Shown here piece after piece: positions 38,128 to 47,684 of a DNA stretch of 64,000 nt (the first letter of the stretch is position 1; each line of letters begins with the position of its first letter). The notes under the pieces are model-generated. The model was not told the origin of the DNA and did no database searches. It worked only from the letters and a program-made list of their open reading frames with translations. This DNA comes from an uncultured SAR86 cluster bacterium (GTDB taxonomy: Bacteria; Pseudomonadota; Gammaproteobacteria; Magnimaribacterales; AG-339-G14), in NCBI GenBank assembly GCA_902604535.1, contig CACKZK010000005.1, positions 11,020 through 75,019 on the forward strand. Reading direction: 5' to 3'. The position numbers and the translations under genes are program-made.

Positions 38128-39843
38128 TTAATTTCCTATGCTGCTTACTGCTTCTTCCCTTAGTTGTTTTTTTGCAATTTTTCCAGAAGCAATTCTTGGG
38201 AGTTTTTCTGTTTGAAATTGCATAAATTCTGGAATTTTAAACTTAGCTAATTTAGAAGCTAAGAAACCTGACAATTCAACCTCGTCAATCATTTGATCTT
38301 CTCTGCACGATACAACGGTGGCAAGCTTTTCGCCTAGTCTCGCATCCGGAATCCCAAAGACAGATGCTTCGAGAACAGATGGGTGTTCGGTTATGGCTGC
38401 TTCAACTTCAAGGCAGGCAATATTTTCTCCACCTCTGATAACAATATCCTTCTTTCGATCTTTTATGTACAGAAAACCATCACTATCAAGTAGACCTAAA
38501 TCTCCTGACTTAAACCAACCTTCATCGTCTAAAACCTCATCCGTAGCATCCTGATTTTTCCAATAACTTTTGAAGTTACATGCTCCTCGAATGCAAACTT
38601 CTCCAATTTCATCTGTCTTGAGGTCATTTCCATCATCATCAATAATTTTAAGATCTATTAATTTTGGAATAGCAAAGCCTGTGCTTGAGGGTTTCTCCGA
38701 ATATAAATCCCCGGCGTTATTAGCTGCTAATGCATTTGTTTCTGTAAGACCATAACCTATTCCCGGAGAAGTATCTTTAAAGTTTTCTCTCATTTCTTTT
38801 ACTTGTTCGGGAGGTCGGGCAGCTCCGCCACCGTTTAAACCTTTTAAAGACGATATGTCTCTTGGATTCTTTTTTTGAGCCTCGACTAGCTCATATGACA
38901 TGGTTGGGACTCCAGTAAAATCTGAAATTTTTTCTCTTTCTATTAAATCTAGTGCTACTTCAGGATCCCATTTATGCATTAGGACTGTCTTTCTTCCTAC
39001 AGGGATTGATAACAAAAATATGGCATGACAACCAGTTACATGGAACAACGGAACGCTAACAAGCACAGCAGTTTGGTTTTGCTCATTCAAGATTTCAGGG
39101 TTTTCTTCATCTGTGGTTTCTTTTAATAAAGTTTGAAGGGCTATCCAATAAAATGGCGCGAACATCACACCTCTGTGAGAAGACACAACACCTTTTGGAT
39201 GACCAGTACTACCAGAAGTGTACATAATTGATGCATCATCATCTGGATCTACATCAATTTGTTTATCAAGAGTGTTATTTTGATTTTCAATAACTTTATA
39301 AAAGTCTATTTCAGAATGATCTGGATTTTCAGATCTTACTGCAATTCTTTTAATATCAGGACATTTGTCTCCAAGTCTTTCTAAGCGTTCTTGATCAGCA
39401 ATAAAGACCTTTGATTCACTATTATTTAATCCATATTCAAGTTCATCGCCTTGCCACCATGAATTTAAGGGAACGGCAACTGCACCAATAGATGTTACTG
39501 CCATGTAAGTGAACATCCATTCCGGATAATTACGCATTGAAAAAGCAACCTTATCTCCTTTTTCAATACCATAGATATTCTGAAGAGAGTTAGCTAGTTG
39601 ATAACACCTTGAAAGAGTTTCACTGTAAGAAATTTGTTGATCTTCAAAAACAATATGAGTCCACTCGCCATGAATTAAACCAAGTTGATAATATCCAAGT
39701 AAATTTTCTGGAGATTCTGAAAAAACGTAATATTCATTCCCTCTTATTGCCTCTTTATGAACTGAGAGGAGTCCTTCAGAAGAAATCTTTTCAAACGTCT
39801 CTAATCTTTTTTGAGGATCAATTAGATCCAACTGACCAGCCAT
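38128..39843 (-). CDS. Fatty acid--CoA ligase (AMP-binding)
   Basis: YTSGSTGHPKG, GYGLTET, SGD, RGGENI. Confidence 0.9.
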   Translation of the reverse strand: MAGQLDLIDPQKRLETFEKISSEGLLSVHKEAIRGNEYYVFSESPENLLGYYQLGLIHGEWTHIVFEDQQISYSETLSRCYQLANSLQNIYGIEKGDKVAFSMRNYPEWMFTYMAVTSIGAVAVPLNSWWQGDELEYGLNNSESKVFIADQERLERLGDKCPDIKRIAVRSENPDHSEIDFYKVIENQNNTLDKQIDVDPDDDASIMYTSGSTGHPKGVVSSHRGVMFAPFYWIALQTLLKETTDEENPEILNEQNQTAVLVSVPLFHVTGCHAIFLLSIPVGRKTVLMHKWDPEVALDLIEREKISDFTGVPTMSYELVEAQKKNPRDISSLKGLNGGGAARPPEQVKEMRENFKDTSPGIGYGLTETNALAANNAGDLYSEKPSSTGFAIPKLIDLKIIDDDGNDLKTDEIGEVCIRGACNFKSYWKNQDATDEVLDDEGWFKSGDLGLLDSDGFLYIKDRKKDIVIRGGENIACLEVEAAITEHPSVLEASVFGIPDARLGEKLATVVSCREDQMIDEVELSGFLASKLAKFKIPEFMQFQTEKLPRIASGKIAKKQLREEAVSSIGN

Positions 39844-39846
39844 AAT

Positions 39847-40647
39847 TTATTTACCTGTGAAATTCGCTGGTCTTTTTTCTATAAAATGTTTGACTCCTTC
39901 TTTGAAATCATCAGACCCGAAGCTTTCAACCATCTTTTTAAATGCTTTTTGAATATGGTCATCAAATGATTCTTCCAGAGACGCATACATTTGCTCTTTC
40001 ATAATTTTCACAGATCTTGGAGAAACATTCTTTGCTAGATCTTCTGCGTAAGCAATAACTTCATCCATAAATGAATCAGCTGGAATAGCTTTATTTACGA
40101 GACCGATTCTTTCAGCTTCTTTCCCATCAAACTTTCGTGCAGAGAAAAGAAGATCATTAGCATGAGATAAACCAATTATCCTACTCAGCATCCAGCCAAC
40201 GCCCCATTCAGCAATCAAACCTCTCTTAGAGAAAGCTGTTGAAAATACTGCAGTCTCGGATGCAAATCTGATATCACAGTAAAGAGATAGGATAAAACCA
40301 ACCCCTGCAGCAGGACCATTGATAGCTGCTATAACCGGTTTATCTAAATTACGCACATAACTGAATCCTTTCCAAGGCTCATCATCTTTAGATTGTTCAG
40401 AGGTATCTGACTTTCCTTCAGAGGTACTAGCAAGACCGTCCATGTCAGCACCTGCAGTAAATCCTCTCCCTTCCCCGGTAAGAACGATTACTTTAATGGA
40501 ATCATCCGCACATGCCTGATCTAAGATCTCCTTGAGTCTTGCACTGAGAGCAGGAGTGATTGCATTTAATCTTTCCGGTCTATTTAATTTAACCAGTCCA
40601 ACACCATTTTTTAAATCTTCATATAAAACTAAATCTTTATTACTCAT
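39847..40647 (-). CDS. Enoyl-CoA hydratase/isomerase
   Basis: LNRPERLNA, AGAD, KPVIAAING. Confidence 0.9.
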   Translation of the reverse strand: MSNKDLVLYEDLKNGVGLVKLNRPERLNAITPALSARLKEILDQACADDSIKVIVLTGEGRGFTAGADMDGLASTSEGKSDTSEQSKDDEPWKGFSYVRNLDKPVIAAINGPAAGVGFILSLYCDIRFASETAVFSTAFSKRGLIAEWGVGWMLSRIIGLSHANDLLFSARKFDGKEAERIGLVNKAIPADSFMDEVIAYAEDLAKNVSPRSVKIMKEQMYASLEESFDDHIQKAFKKMVESFGSDDFKEGVKHFIEKRPANFTGK

Positions 40648-40649
40648 AA

Positions 40650-41423
40650 CTATACTGTTGTGCCTCCATCGACGACAATTGTGTGACCATTTACATAACT
40701 ACCTGCTGCAGATGCAAGAAATACAGCAGCTCCTCCAAGCTCATCAGGCTCACCAATTCTATTTTGTGGTGTGCCGGTTAAAGCTGATTTTAAAATTTCA
40801 GGGTTTTCCCACAAAGCTCTTGCAAAATCAGTTTTGATTAAACCAGGAGCAATGCAATTTGTTCTGACATTGAATTTACCAAATTCAGATGCATAATTTT
40901 TAACAAGCATAATGTCTGCAGCTTTGGAGACATTGTAAGCTCCTATCACCTGACTTGCTCTCATGCCTCCTATAGAAGAAACAATAATAATATTTCCATC
41001 TTCTCTCTCTACCATCTCAGGAATCACCATTTGACATAAATTATGATTACTTTTGATGTTGTTATTCATTATTTTTTCAAATGCTTCATCGGGGATATCT
41101 TTAATAGAACCAAAGAAAGGATTGGTTGCTGCATTACACACCAAAATATCAATCTGCCCTAATTGAATTCTGGTTTCTTCTATTAACATCTCTAGAGCTG
41201 CTTTATCAGAAATGTTGCAAGGAATGACAATTGCTTTTCCAGGACCATCTTTACAAGCCTCATTAATTTCATCAGCGGTTTCTTGACACACATCAGCTTT
41301 TCTACTGGAAACTACTACTTCGGCTCCGTGAAGTGCCATAGCTTTAGCAATGGATTTGCCGATACCTTTTGAAGAGCCTGTGATAATGGCTTTTTTACCT
41401 GTTAAATCAAATAACTTGCTCAT
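40650..41423 (-). CDS. SDR family oxidoreductase (DHRS4-like)
   Basis: TGSSKGIG, NAATNP, YNVSK, PGLIKTDF. Confidence 0.9.
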   Translation of the reverse strand: MSKLFDLTGKKAIITGSSKGIGKSIAKAMALHGAEVVVSSRKADVCQETADEINEACKDGPGKAIVIPCNISDKAALEMLIEETRIQLGQIDILVCNAATNPFFGSIKDIPDEAFEKIMNNNIKSNHNLCQMVIPEMVEREDGNIIIVSSIGGMRASQVIGAYNVSKAADIMLVKNYASEFGKFNVRTNCIAPGLIKTDFARALWENPEILKSALTGTPQNRIGEPDELGGAAVFLASAAGSYVNGHTIVVDGGTTV

Positions 41424-42215
41424 TTACTTACCTTTCCAGTTAGGAAGTCTTTTTTCTGAAAATGCTACAGGGCCTTCAATAAAATCTTCACTACCAAACA
41501 ATTCTTTGACAGCAGAATAGTGGGTTTGCATGGATTTTTCTAGATCGGGTTCGTTGAAATTTTCATATGCAACTTGTTTTGTCGCCCTAATTGACATTGG
41601 TGAACATTCTTCAATTTGTTTTGCCCAAGCCTTTGCTGCGCTTAATAAATTTTCTGGTTCCACAACTTCATTTACAAAGCCTAAGCTTTTGCCTTCTTCA
41701 GCAGATACGTGTCTACCAGTTAGCATCATGCCCAATGCATTTTTCATTCCGATTTGTCTTGGAAGTCTTTGCATGCCTCCAGCAAGTGCTGCCAAACCAA
41801 CTTTAGGTTCAGGTAAAGCAAATTTTGCATTAGTAGATGCGACAATCAAATCACAAGCTAATGCTATTTCAAATCCGCCACCCATCGATACCCCATTCAC
41901 AGCAGCGATCAAAGGCTTAGTTAGGTTGAATCTAGAAGTTAAACCAGCAAAACCTGAAGAAGCCATATTAATATCCATCTTGCCTCCAGCTTCAGCTTGA
42001 AACTTAAGATCGTTTCCTGCAGAAAAAGCACGATCACCTTCACCAGTTATAATACCAACCCAAAGATTTTCGTCTTTATCAAACTCATTCCAAACTTCAT
42101 CAAATTCTGCATGAGCGGGGGGATGCAAAGCATTCATCCTTTCAGGTCTATTTATCGTGACAGTCAAAATATGACCATCTATATCGGTTTTTAAAAATTC
42201 ATAATCTGTTTTCAT
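41424..42215 (-). CDS. Enoyl-CoA hydratase (crotonase)
   Basis: AFSAGNDLK, GGGFE, LPEPKVG. Confidence 0.9.
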   Translation of the reverse strand: MKTDYEFLKTDIDGHILTVTINRPERMNALHPPAHAEFDEVWNEFDKDENLWVGIITGEGDRAFSAGNDLKFQAEAGGKMDINMASSGFAGLTSRFNLTKPLIAAVNGVSMGGGFEIALACDLIVASTNAKFALPEPKVGLAALAGGMQRLPRQIGMKNALGMMLTGRHVSAEEGKSLGFVNEVVEPENLLSAAKAWAKQIEECSPMSIRATKQVAYENFNEPDLEKSMQTHYSAVKELFGSEDFIEGPVAFSEKRLPNWKGK

Positions 42216-42351
42216 AAAATCTCCCTACTTTTAATCTATGAATTATATTAAGGAATAGTTTTAAATGAGTAAAGGCGTTCAAAAAAATTCTAAAAATAAA
42301 TTGAGGTTAAATATTGGCATGTTAAATTTATGTTTCTAAAAAGGAAATATT

Positions 42352-43119
42352 ATGGATATTAAAAATAAAGTAGCCCTTATAACGGGAGGGGCATCAGGCC
42401 TAGGATTTGCATCGGCTCAAAAGCTAATTGCTGCGGGTGCAAAAATAATGGTTATGGATCTTAACGAAGATAATGCAAAGAAAGCATGCTCAGAATTAGA
42501 TGGTGAAACTGATTATGCTGTTGCTAATGTAGCTGAAGAAGCCAGCGTTCAAGAAGCTATCAACAAAACAATAGAGAAGTTTGGAAAAATAGATATTGTT
42601 TTGAATTGTGCAGGTATTGGAAGCGCCAGTAAAACAGTTGGAAAGGATGGAGCACATCCTTTGGATTATTTTAAAATAGTCTTGGATGTGAATCTTGTGG
42701 GTACTTTTAATGTATTGAGGCTTGCTGCAGTTGAGATGGGCAAAAATGAACCAGAAAAAGATAATGAGTGTGGTGTAATAATTAATACAGCATCTGTTGC
42801 AGCTTACGATGGACAGATTGGACAGGCAGCATACAGTGCCAGTAAAGCTGGAGTGGTAGGGATGACTCTCCCCATCGCTCGTGATTTAGGAAGAATGGGT
42901 ATAAGGATTAATACAATTGCGCCGGGTATTTTTGATACACCTATGATGGCTATGGCTTCCGATGAAGTGAGAAAACCTTTAATCGAAATGACTCAATTTC
43001 CAAAAAGATTAGGAAATCCTGATGAGTACGCATTATTAGCCATGCAGATAATTGAAAATCCTTACCTTAACGGAGAAACAATCAGACTTGATGGCGGCAT
43101 AAGGATGCAACCAAAGTAA
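42352..43119 (+). CDS. 3-hydroxyacyl-CoA dehydrogenase type II (HSD17B10-like SDR)
   Basis: TGGASGLG, GQIGQAAYSASK, LNGETIRLDG. Confidence 0.9.
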   Translation: MDIKNKVALITGGASGLGFASAQKLIAAGAKIMVMDLNEDNAKKACSELDGETDYAVANVAEEASVQEAINKTIEKFGKIDIVLNCAGIGSASKTVGKDGAHPLDYFKIVLDVNLVGTFNVLRLAAVEMGKNEPEKDNECGVIINTASVAAYDGQIGQAAYSASKAGVVGMTLPIARDLGRMGIRINTIAPGIFDTPMMAMASDEVRKPLIEMTQFPKRLGNPDEYALLAMQIIENPYLNGETIRLDGGIRMQPK

Positions 43120-43143
43120 GAAAAATTTTCGAAGGAGCAGAAA

Positions 43144-43995
43144 ATGAAGTTAGTAAATTTTTTATCTAAGGGTGAAAAAAATATAGGAGCATTGCTGGGC
43201 GATGGTGTTTGTTCATTCAAATCAATCTCAGATAAATACTCAATGTCCATGGTTGAGTTTATTCAGCAGATAGATGATCTTTCAACAGAAGTATCAGATT
43301 TTATTAATTCCAGTCCAGAAGTAATCCCTTTGTCTGAAATTGAGTTTCTTCCTGTAATAGATCGACCTGGAAAAGTCTTGGCAGTAGGATTGAACTACAA
43401 AGATCACGCAAAGGAGACAGGCATGGATGTCCCCGAAGTTCCAATGATATTCACAAAGCAATCTACTTCTGTTCTGGGCCATTATGGTGAAATTCACAAA
43501 CCAAAAGTTTCTGATGCGGTTGATTACGAGGGAGAAATGGCCTTCGTGATTGGTAAAAAATGCAGACACGTAAGCAAAGAGGATGCTCTTGATGTTATCG
43601 CTGGCGTAACGATTTGTAACGATGTTAGTGTCAGAGATTGGCAAATTGCATCACCAACTTTTACCATGGGCAAAAGTTTTGATACCCATTGCCCGATTGG
43701 ACCTTACATTACAACTATGGATGAAATATCCGATATCCATAATTTGAAAATCAAAACATTCGTAAACGATGAACTTAGGCAAGATTCATGTACCGATCAA
43801 TTAATTTTTGACTGTTTTGATTTAATTGAGCACATCACTAAGGCTTTCACTCTGGAACCTGGAGACATAATAGCTACAGGAACTTCCAGTGGGGTTGGTG
43901 TAATTTTAGGAAAGTATTTAGTTCCTGACGACATCGTGAGAATTGAACTTGAACAAGTAGGAACTCTTGAGAATAAAGTAATCCTCGAACCTTAA
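43144..43995 (+). CDS. Fumarylacetoacetate hydrolase family protein
   Basis: VGLNY, DYEGE, NDVSVRDWQ, GKSFDT, GDIIATGT. Confidence 0.9.
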   Translation: MKLVNFLSKGEKNIGALLGDGVCSFKSISDKYSMSMVEFIQQIDDLSTEVSDFINSSPEVIPLSEIEFLPVIDRPGKVLAVGLNYKDHAKETGMDVPEVPMIFTKQSTSVLGHYGEIHKPKVSDAVDYEGEMAFVIGKKCRHVSKEDALDVIAGVTICNDVSVRDWQIASPTFTMGKSFDTHCPIGPYITTMDEISDIHNLKIKTFVNDELRQDSCTDQLIFDCFDLIEHITKAFTLEPGDIIATGTSSGVGVILGKYLVPDDIVRIELEQVGTLENKVILEP

Positions 43996-43996
43996 T

Positions 43997-44476
43997 TTGA
44001 AATTATATCTTTTGCGGCATGCCAAATCTTCCTGGGATGATCTCTATATTGATGATTTTAAAAGACCCTTATCTGAAAGAGGTTTAAAAAACTCTGAAAT
44101 GCTGAATGCATTTTTAAAATCTAAAAAAGTTTCTTTTGATAAAGTTTATTCAAGTTCTTCTGTTAGGACTGAAATCACTTGTTCGGTGGTCTTAGAAGGC
44201 ATTTTTGAATTCGACAAGGTAAGTTTTCTGGACGATTTTTATCATGCATCAGCTGAATATCTAAAAAATTTTCTTCTAGATAAAACACTTCAAGAATCAG
44301 TATTAATTGTTGGACATAATCCTGGGCTAAGCGATCTCGTGAGTTACTTTTCAAAAAGAGACATTTATTTGAGAACTTGTGATCTTGTTTGCCTTGAATC
44401 AAAACAAAGTGATTCAACATTGGTATTCAATTTACATTGGTTTTGGAATCCAAAGAAAGGGTTTATTGAAAATTAA
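43997..44476 (+). CDS. sixA: Histidine phosphatase, SixA-like
   Basis: LLRHAKS, RPLSERG, VGHNP. Confidence 0.82.
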   Translation: MKLYLLRHAKSSWDDLYIDDFKRPLSERGLKNSEMLNAFLKSKKVSFDKVYSSSSVRTEITCSVVLEGIFEFDKVSFLDDFYHASAEYLKNFLLDKTLQESVLIVGHNPGLSDLVSYFSKRDIYLRTCDLVCLESKQSDSTLVFNLHWFWNPKKGFIEN

Positions 44477-45068
44477 AATCTTTGTATTCTGCTGAAGCAA
44501 TCTGCCTCGTGTTGTCAGCATCTGTAATGACTCCCCAACCCCAAATTTTTTTAATATCAATGTTGAGATATTTTTTAAAGTCTTCAATAAGATTAATTTT
44601 CTCTTCTTTCCATATATCGACTCCATCTTGGCTATCTCTAAGCGCTATGTTGATTTGTTTTGAGTTCCATGGATTTACCCAGACCGTTCCTTTCTCAACT
44701 GAGTCTGTCCAAACATAATTAAGACATCTTTTCTGTGTAGGGAGTATTCCGTCTGATTTACAAAAAATGATTCTAGCTGCAAAGTCGTGACTTCTTCTCA
44801 AGCGTTCATTGGCTTCGAGAGGAATTAGGATCTTCCAGCGCCATGAGGCCGTATTTTTTCTTACTACATTAAAGGTATCAGTTGTTACAAATACACTGTT
44901 ACCTGAATTAGTATAACTCCGCACATGGTTGTCGCTGATTACTTCATATTCAGTAGTTCCTCCAATGATGCTTCTGGAATAAAAATCATTGAAATCAGGG
45001 TAGGTCATTGCAAACGGTGCAATCAGAAAAGAAAAAACCAAAAATAATTTACGCAGAAATGTGACCAT
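44463..45068 (-). CDS. Secreted protein, DUF3047-like
   Basis: SWRWKI, DFAARI, LNYVW, TDADNT motifs recalled for DUF3047. Confidence 0.7.
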   Translation of the reverse strand: MVTFLRKLFLVFSFLIAPFAMTYPDFNDFYSRSIIGGTTEYEVISDNHVRSYTNSGNSVFVTTDTFNVVRKNTASWRWKILIPLEANERLRRSHDFAARIIFCKSDGILPTQKRCLNYVWTDSVEKGTVWVNPWNSKQINIALRDSQDGVDIWKEEKINLIEDFKKYLNIDIKKIWGWGVITDADNTRQIASAEYKDFNFQ

Positions 45069-45159
45069 GATGTGATAAATATATAGCTTTATTGTGATAA
45101 TTGAATAATTCTATTGAATAAGAAAATTTTGGCTAGTATTCTACTGATCCATAACCAAC

Positions 45160-45957
45160 ATGGAACCAACCGTAAAACATTTTAAATCTATCTTTTTATC
45201 GGATATTCATTTAGGTACTAAAGGCTGCCAATCTGAAAGACTTTTAGACTTTCTCTATAAACACTCCTGCGACAAACTTTACCTTGTGGGTGACATCATT
45301 GATGGCTGGAAGTTAGAGCAAAGAATTTACTGGCCCCAAGAACACACCAACGTCATAAGAAAGTTTTTATCGTTTGCAAAAAACGGAACAGAAGTCTTTT
45401 ACGTCACTGGCAATCATGATGAATTTCTACGATCTTTTAGTCCTTTGAATTTAGGTAACATAAAAATGGTCGATAAGGTAGAACACATCACAAATAACGG
45501 AAGAAAAATTTTGGTTGTGCATGGAGATGAGTTTGATTTAGTGACACGGCACAGTAAATGGGTATCTGTTTTTGGCAGTTGGGTTTATGAATTTTTAATA
45601 TCTATGAATACCGTTATTAATTTTGTCAGACGGATTTTTGGTGTAAAAAATTATTGGTCTTTTTCAGCCTATATTAAGTATAAAGTTAAAAACGCAGTCA
45701 ATTTCATCAGCAAATACGAGACAACGCTTGTCAACGTCTGTAAGAAAAAATCATACGATGGAGTCATTTGCGGTCACATTCATCATGCAGCAATAGAAGA
45801 TTACGAGGGGATTACCTATCACAACTGTGGTGATTGGGTTGAATCTTGCACTGCATTAGTTGAAGACCATAACGGGAAGATCTCACTAGTTGATTACTCC
45901 AAAGAAAATCTCACCATAAACTTAAAAAGAATACTTACTGCTGAAAAAGCAGCATGA
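45160..45957 (+). CDS. plcP: Metallophosphoesterase, PlcP-type phospholipase C (LpxH family)
   Basis: SDIHLG, GDIIDGW, GNHDE, HGDEFD, CGHIH, NCGDWVES; coupled to a GT4 gene next to phoBR. Confidence 0.8.
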   Translation: MEPTVKHFKSIFLSDIHLGTKGCQSERLLDFLYKHSCDKLYLVGDIIDGWKLEQRIYWPQEHTNVIRKFLSFAKNGTEVFYVTGNHDEFLRSFSPLNLGNIKMVDKVEHITNNGRKILVVHGDEFDLVTRHSKWVSVFGSWVYEFLISMNTVINFVRRIFGVKNYWSFSAYIKYKVKNAVNFISKYETTLVNVCKKKSYDGVICGHIHHAAIEDYEGITYHNCGDWVESCTALVEDHNGKISLVDYSKENLTINLKRILTAEKAA

Positions 45958-46934
45958 AAATCCTCATAGCCACTGATGCTTGGACCCCCCAAGTTAATGG
46001 CGTTGTGACAACTCTTAAGTCGTTGGTTGCTAATCTTTCGGAGGACCATGAAGTAAAAATAATTGAACCTAGTCAATTCAAGTCATTCCCTATTCCTGTT
46101 TACCCTGAGATAAGAGCATCCCTTGATGTATTTAACGCTAAATCAATTTTGAAATCTTTTAAACCTGATGCAATTCATATATCCACAGAAGGACCTATCG
46201 GTATTTATTTAAGAAATTATTTGGTTAGAAAAAAAATACCTTTCACAACTGCTGTGCATACAAAATTTCCTGATTATCTTAAAGACTTAATGGGACTACC
46301 AATTTCCATTACTAATGAATTTCTTAAATGGTTTCACTCTGGAGCTCATAAAACTCTCGTCAATACTCCATCTCATAAAAAAGAGTTAGAACAAATTGGG
46401 CTTAAAAATTTGAAATTATGGAAAAGAGCTGTCGATCAAAATGTGTTTATGCCAATACTAGGTAATAATGAAAAATCTTATTATTTGTACGTGGGCAGAG
46501 TTTCGAAGGAAAAAAATTTAGAAGCTTTTTTTGACCTGGATCTTGAATTTCCAAAGTATGTCGTAGGTGAGGGTCCGCAATTTAAAGAATATAAAAAAAA
46601 ATATCCTTCGATTAATTTTTTGGGTTACAAATACGGAAAAGAGTTAGCTGAAATTTACAGCAAGGCGAGGGTGATGATATTTCCTTCATTAACTGATACT
46701 TTTGGATTGGTAATGTTAGAAGCTAATGCATGCGGCACACCAGTTGCTGGTTATCCTGTAACTGGCCCAATTGATGTTATCTCTCAAGGTAAAAATGGTT
46801 TTTATGCTGAGGATTTAAAAGCAGCAGTTGATAAAGCCGAAAAAATAAACCCTGAAGATTGTGTTGCCTATGCAAATCAATTTACTTGGGATCAGGTTAC
46901 GAAAGATTTTATAAATACTTTGATTAGAATATGA
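45954..46934 (+). CDS. GT4 glycosyltransferase, Agt-like glycolipid synthase
   Basis: TDAWTPQVNGVV, HISTEGPIG, VGRVSKEKN, FPSLTDTFGLVMLEANACGTPV. Confidence 0.82.
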   Translation: MKILIATDAWTPQVNGVVTTLKSLVANLSEDHEVKIIEPSQFKSFPIPVYPEIRASLDVFNAKSILKSFKPDAIHISTEGPIGIYLRNYLVRKKIPFTTAVHTKFPDYLKDLMGLPISITNEFLKWFHSGAHKTLVNTPSHKKELEQIGLKNLKLWKRAVDQNVFMPILGNNEKSYYLYVGRVSKEKNLEAFFDLDLEFPKYVVGEGPQFKEYKKKYPSINFLGYKYGKELAEIYSKARVMIFPSLTDTFGLVMLEANACGTPVAGYPVTGPIDVISQGKNGFYAEDLKAAVDKAEKINPEDCVAYANQFTWDQVTKDFINTLIRI

Positions 46935-46980
46935 AATTTTTTTTATTCAATAACTCTTTAAAAAATAGCATAATTCAATT

Positions 46981-47670
46981 ATGAGTAAACGCGTACTGCT
47001 CGTCGAAGACGAACCAGATTTAAATGAAACAATTTCATTTAATTTAGATTCGGAAGGTTATGAAGTCACTTCGACCTTCAATGGTAAAGATGCCCTGAAT
47101 GCCATAGAAAAGAAAAAACCTGATTTGATATTGCTTGATTTAATGTTGCCGGACATGTCAGGTCTAGAAATATGTAGGGAATTGAGGTCTTCCAAAAAAA
47201 CAAAAAAAATACCTATCATGATGGTTACCGCCAAAGGTGAAGAAGTCGACCGTATAGTTGGCTTTGAGCTTGGGGCAGATGACTATATTGTTAAACCCTT
47301 CAGTATAAGAGAGTTCATGTTGAGAGTCTCAGCAATGCTTAAAAGAACAGATAATAAGTCAGATGCTGATGAAGATTTGATAACTTTTGATTCTCTGGAA
47401 ATTGATCTTGCAGCCCACAGAGTCAAACTTGATGAAAAAGAAATTTCATTAACAGCCAAGGAGTTTGCTTTACTTCAGTATTTAACCGAAAGGATGGGTA
47501 GAGTGCAGACTCGAGATGCACTTTTGGATGAAGTTTGGGGATATAACTCTGAAGTAACTACTAGAACTGTCGATACTCACGTGAAAAGACTTAGATCAAA
47601 ATTAAAACATGTTGGCAGCAACATCGAGACTGTAAGGGGCGTTGGGTATCGCTTTAACTCTCCATCTTAA
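46981..47670 (+). CDS. phoB: OmpR-family response regulator PhoB/PhoP
   Basis: LLDLMLP, GADDYIVKPF, RTVDTHVKRLRSKL; phosphate gene context. Confidence 0.8.
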   Translation: MSKRVLLVEDEPDLNETISFNLDSEGYEVTSTFNGKDALNAIEKKKPDLILLDLMLPDMSGLEICRELRSSKKTKKIPIMMVTAKGEEVDRIVGFELGADDYIVKPFSIREFMLRVSAMLKRTDNKSDADEDLITFDSLEIDLAAHRVKLDEKEISLTAKEFALLQYLTERMGRVQTRDALLDEVWGYNSEVTTRTVDTHVKRLRSKLKHVGSNIETVRGVGYRFNSPS

Positions 47671-47684
47671 TATGACTTTCCTTC

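Noticed and set aside
45160-45957. Annotation as lipid A enzyme LpxH
   Set aside because: GNHD rather than GNRD motif, and GT4/phoBR context favour PlcP
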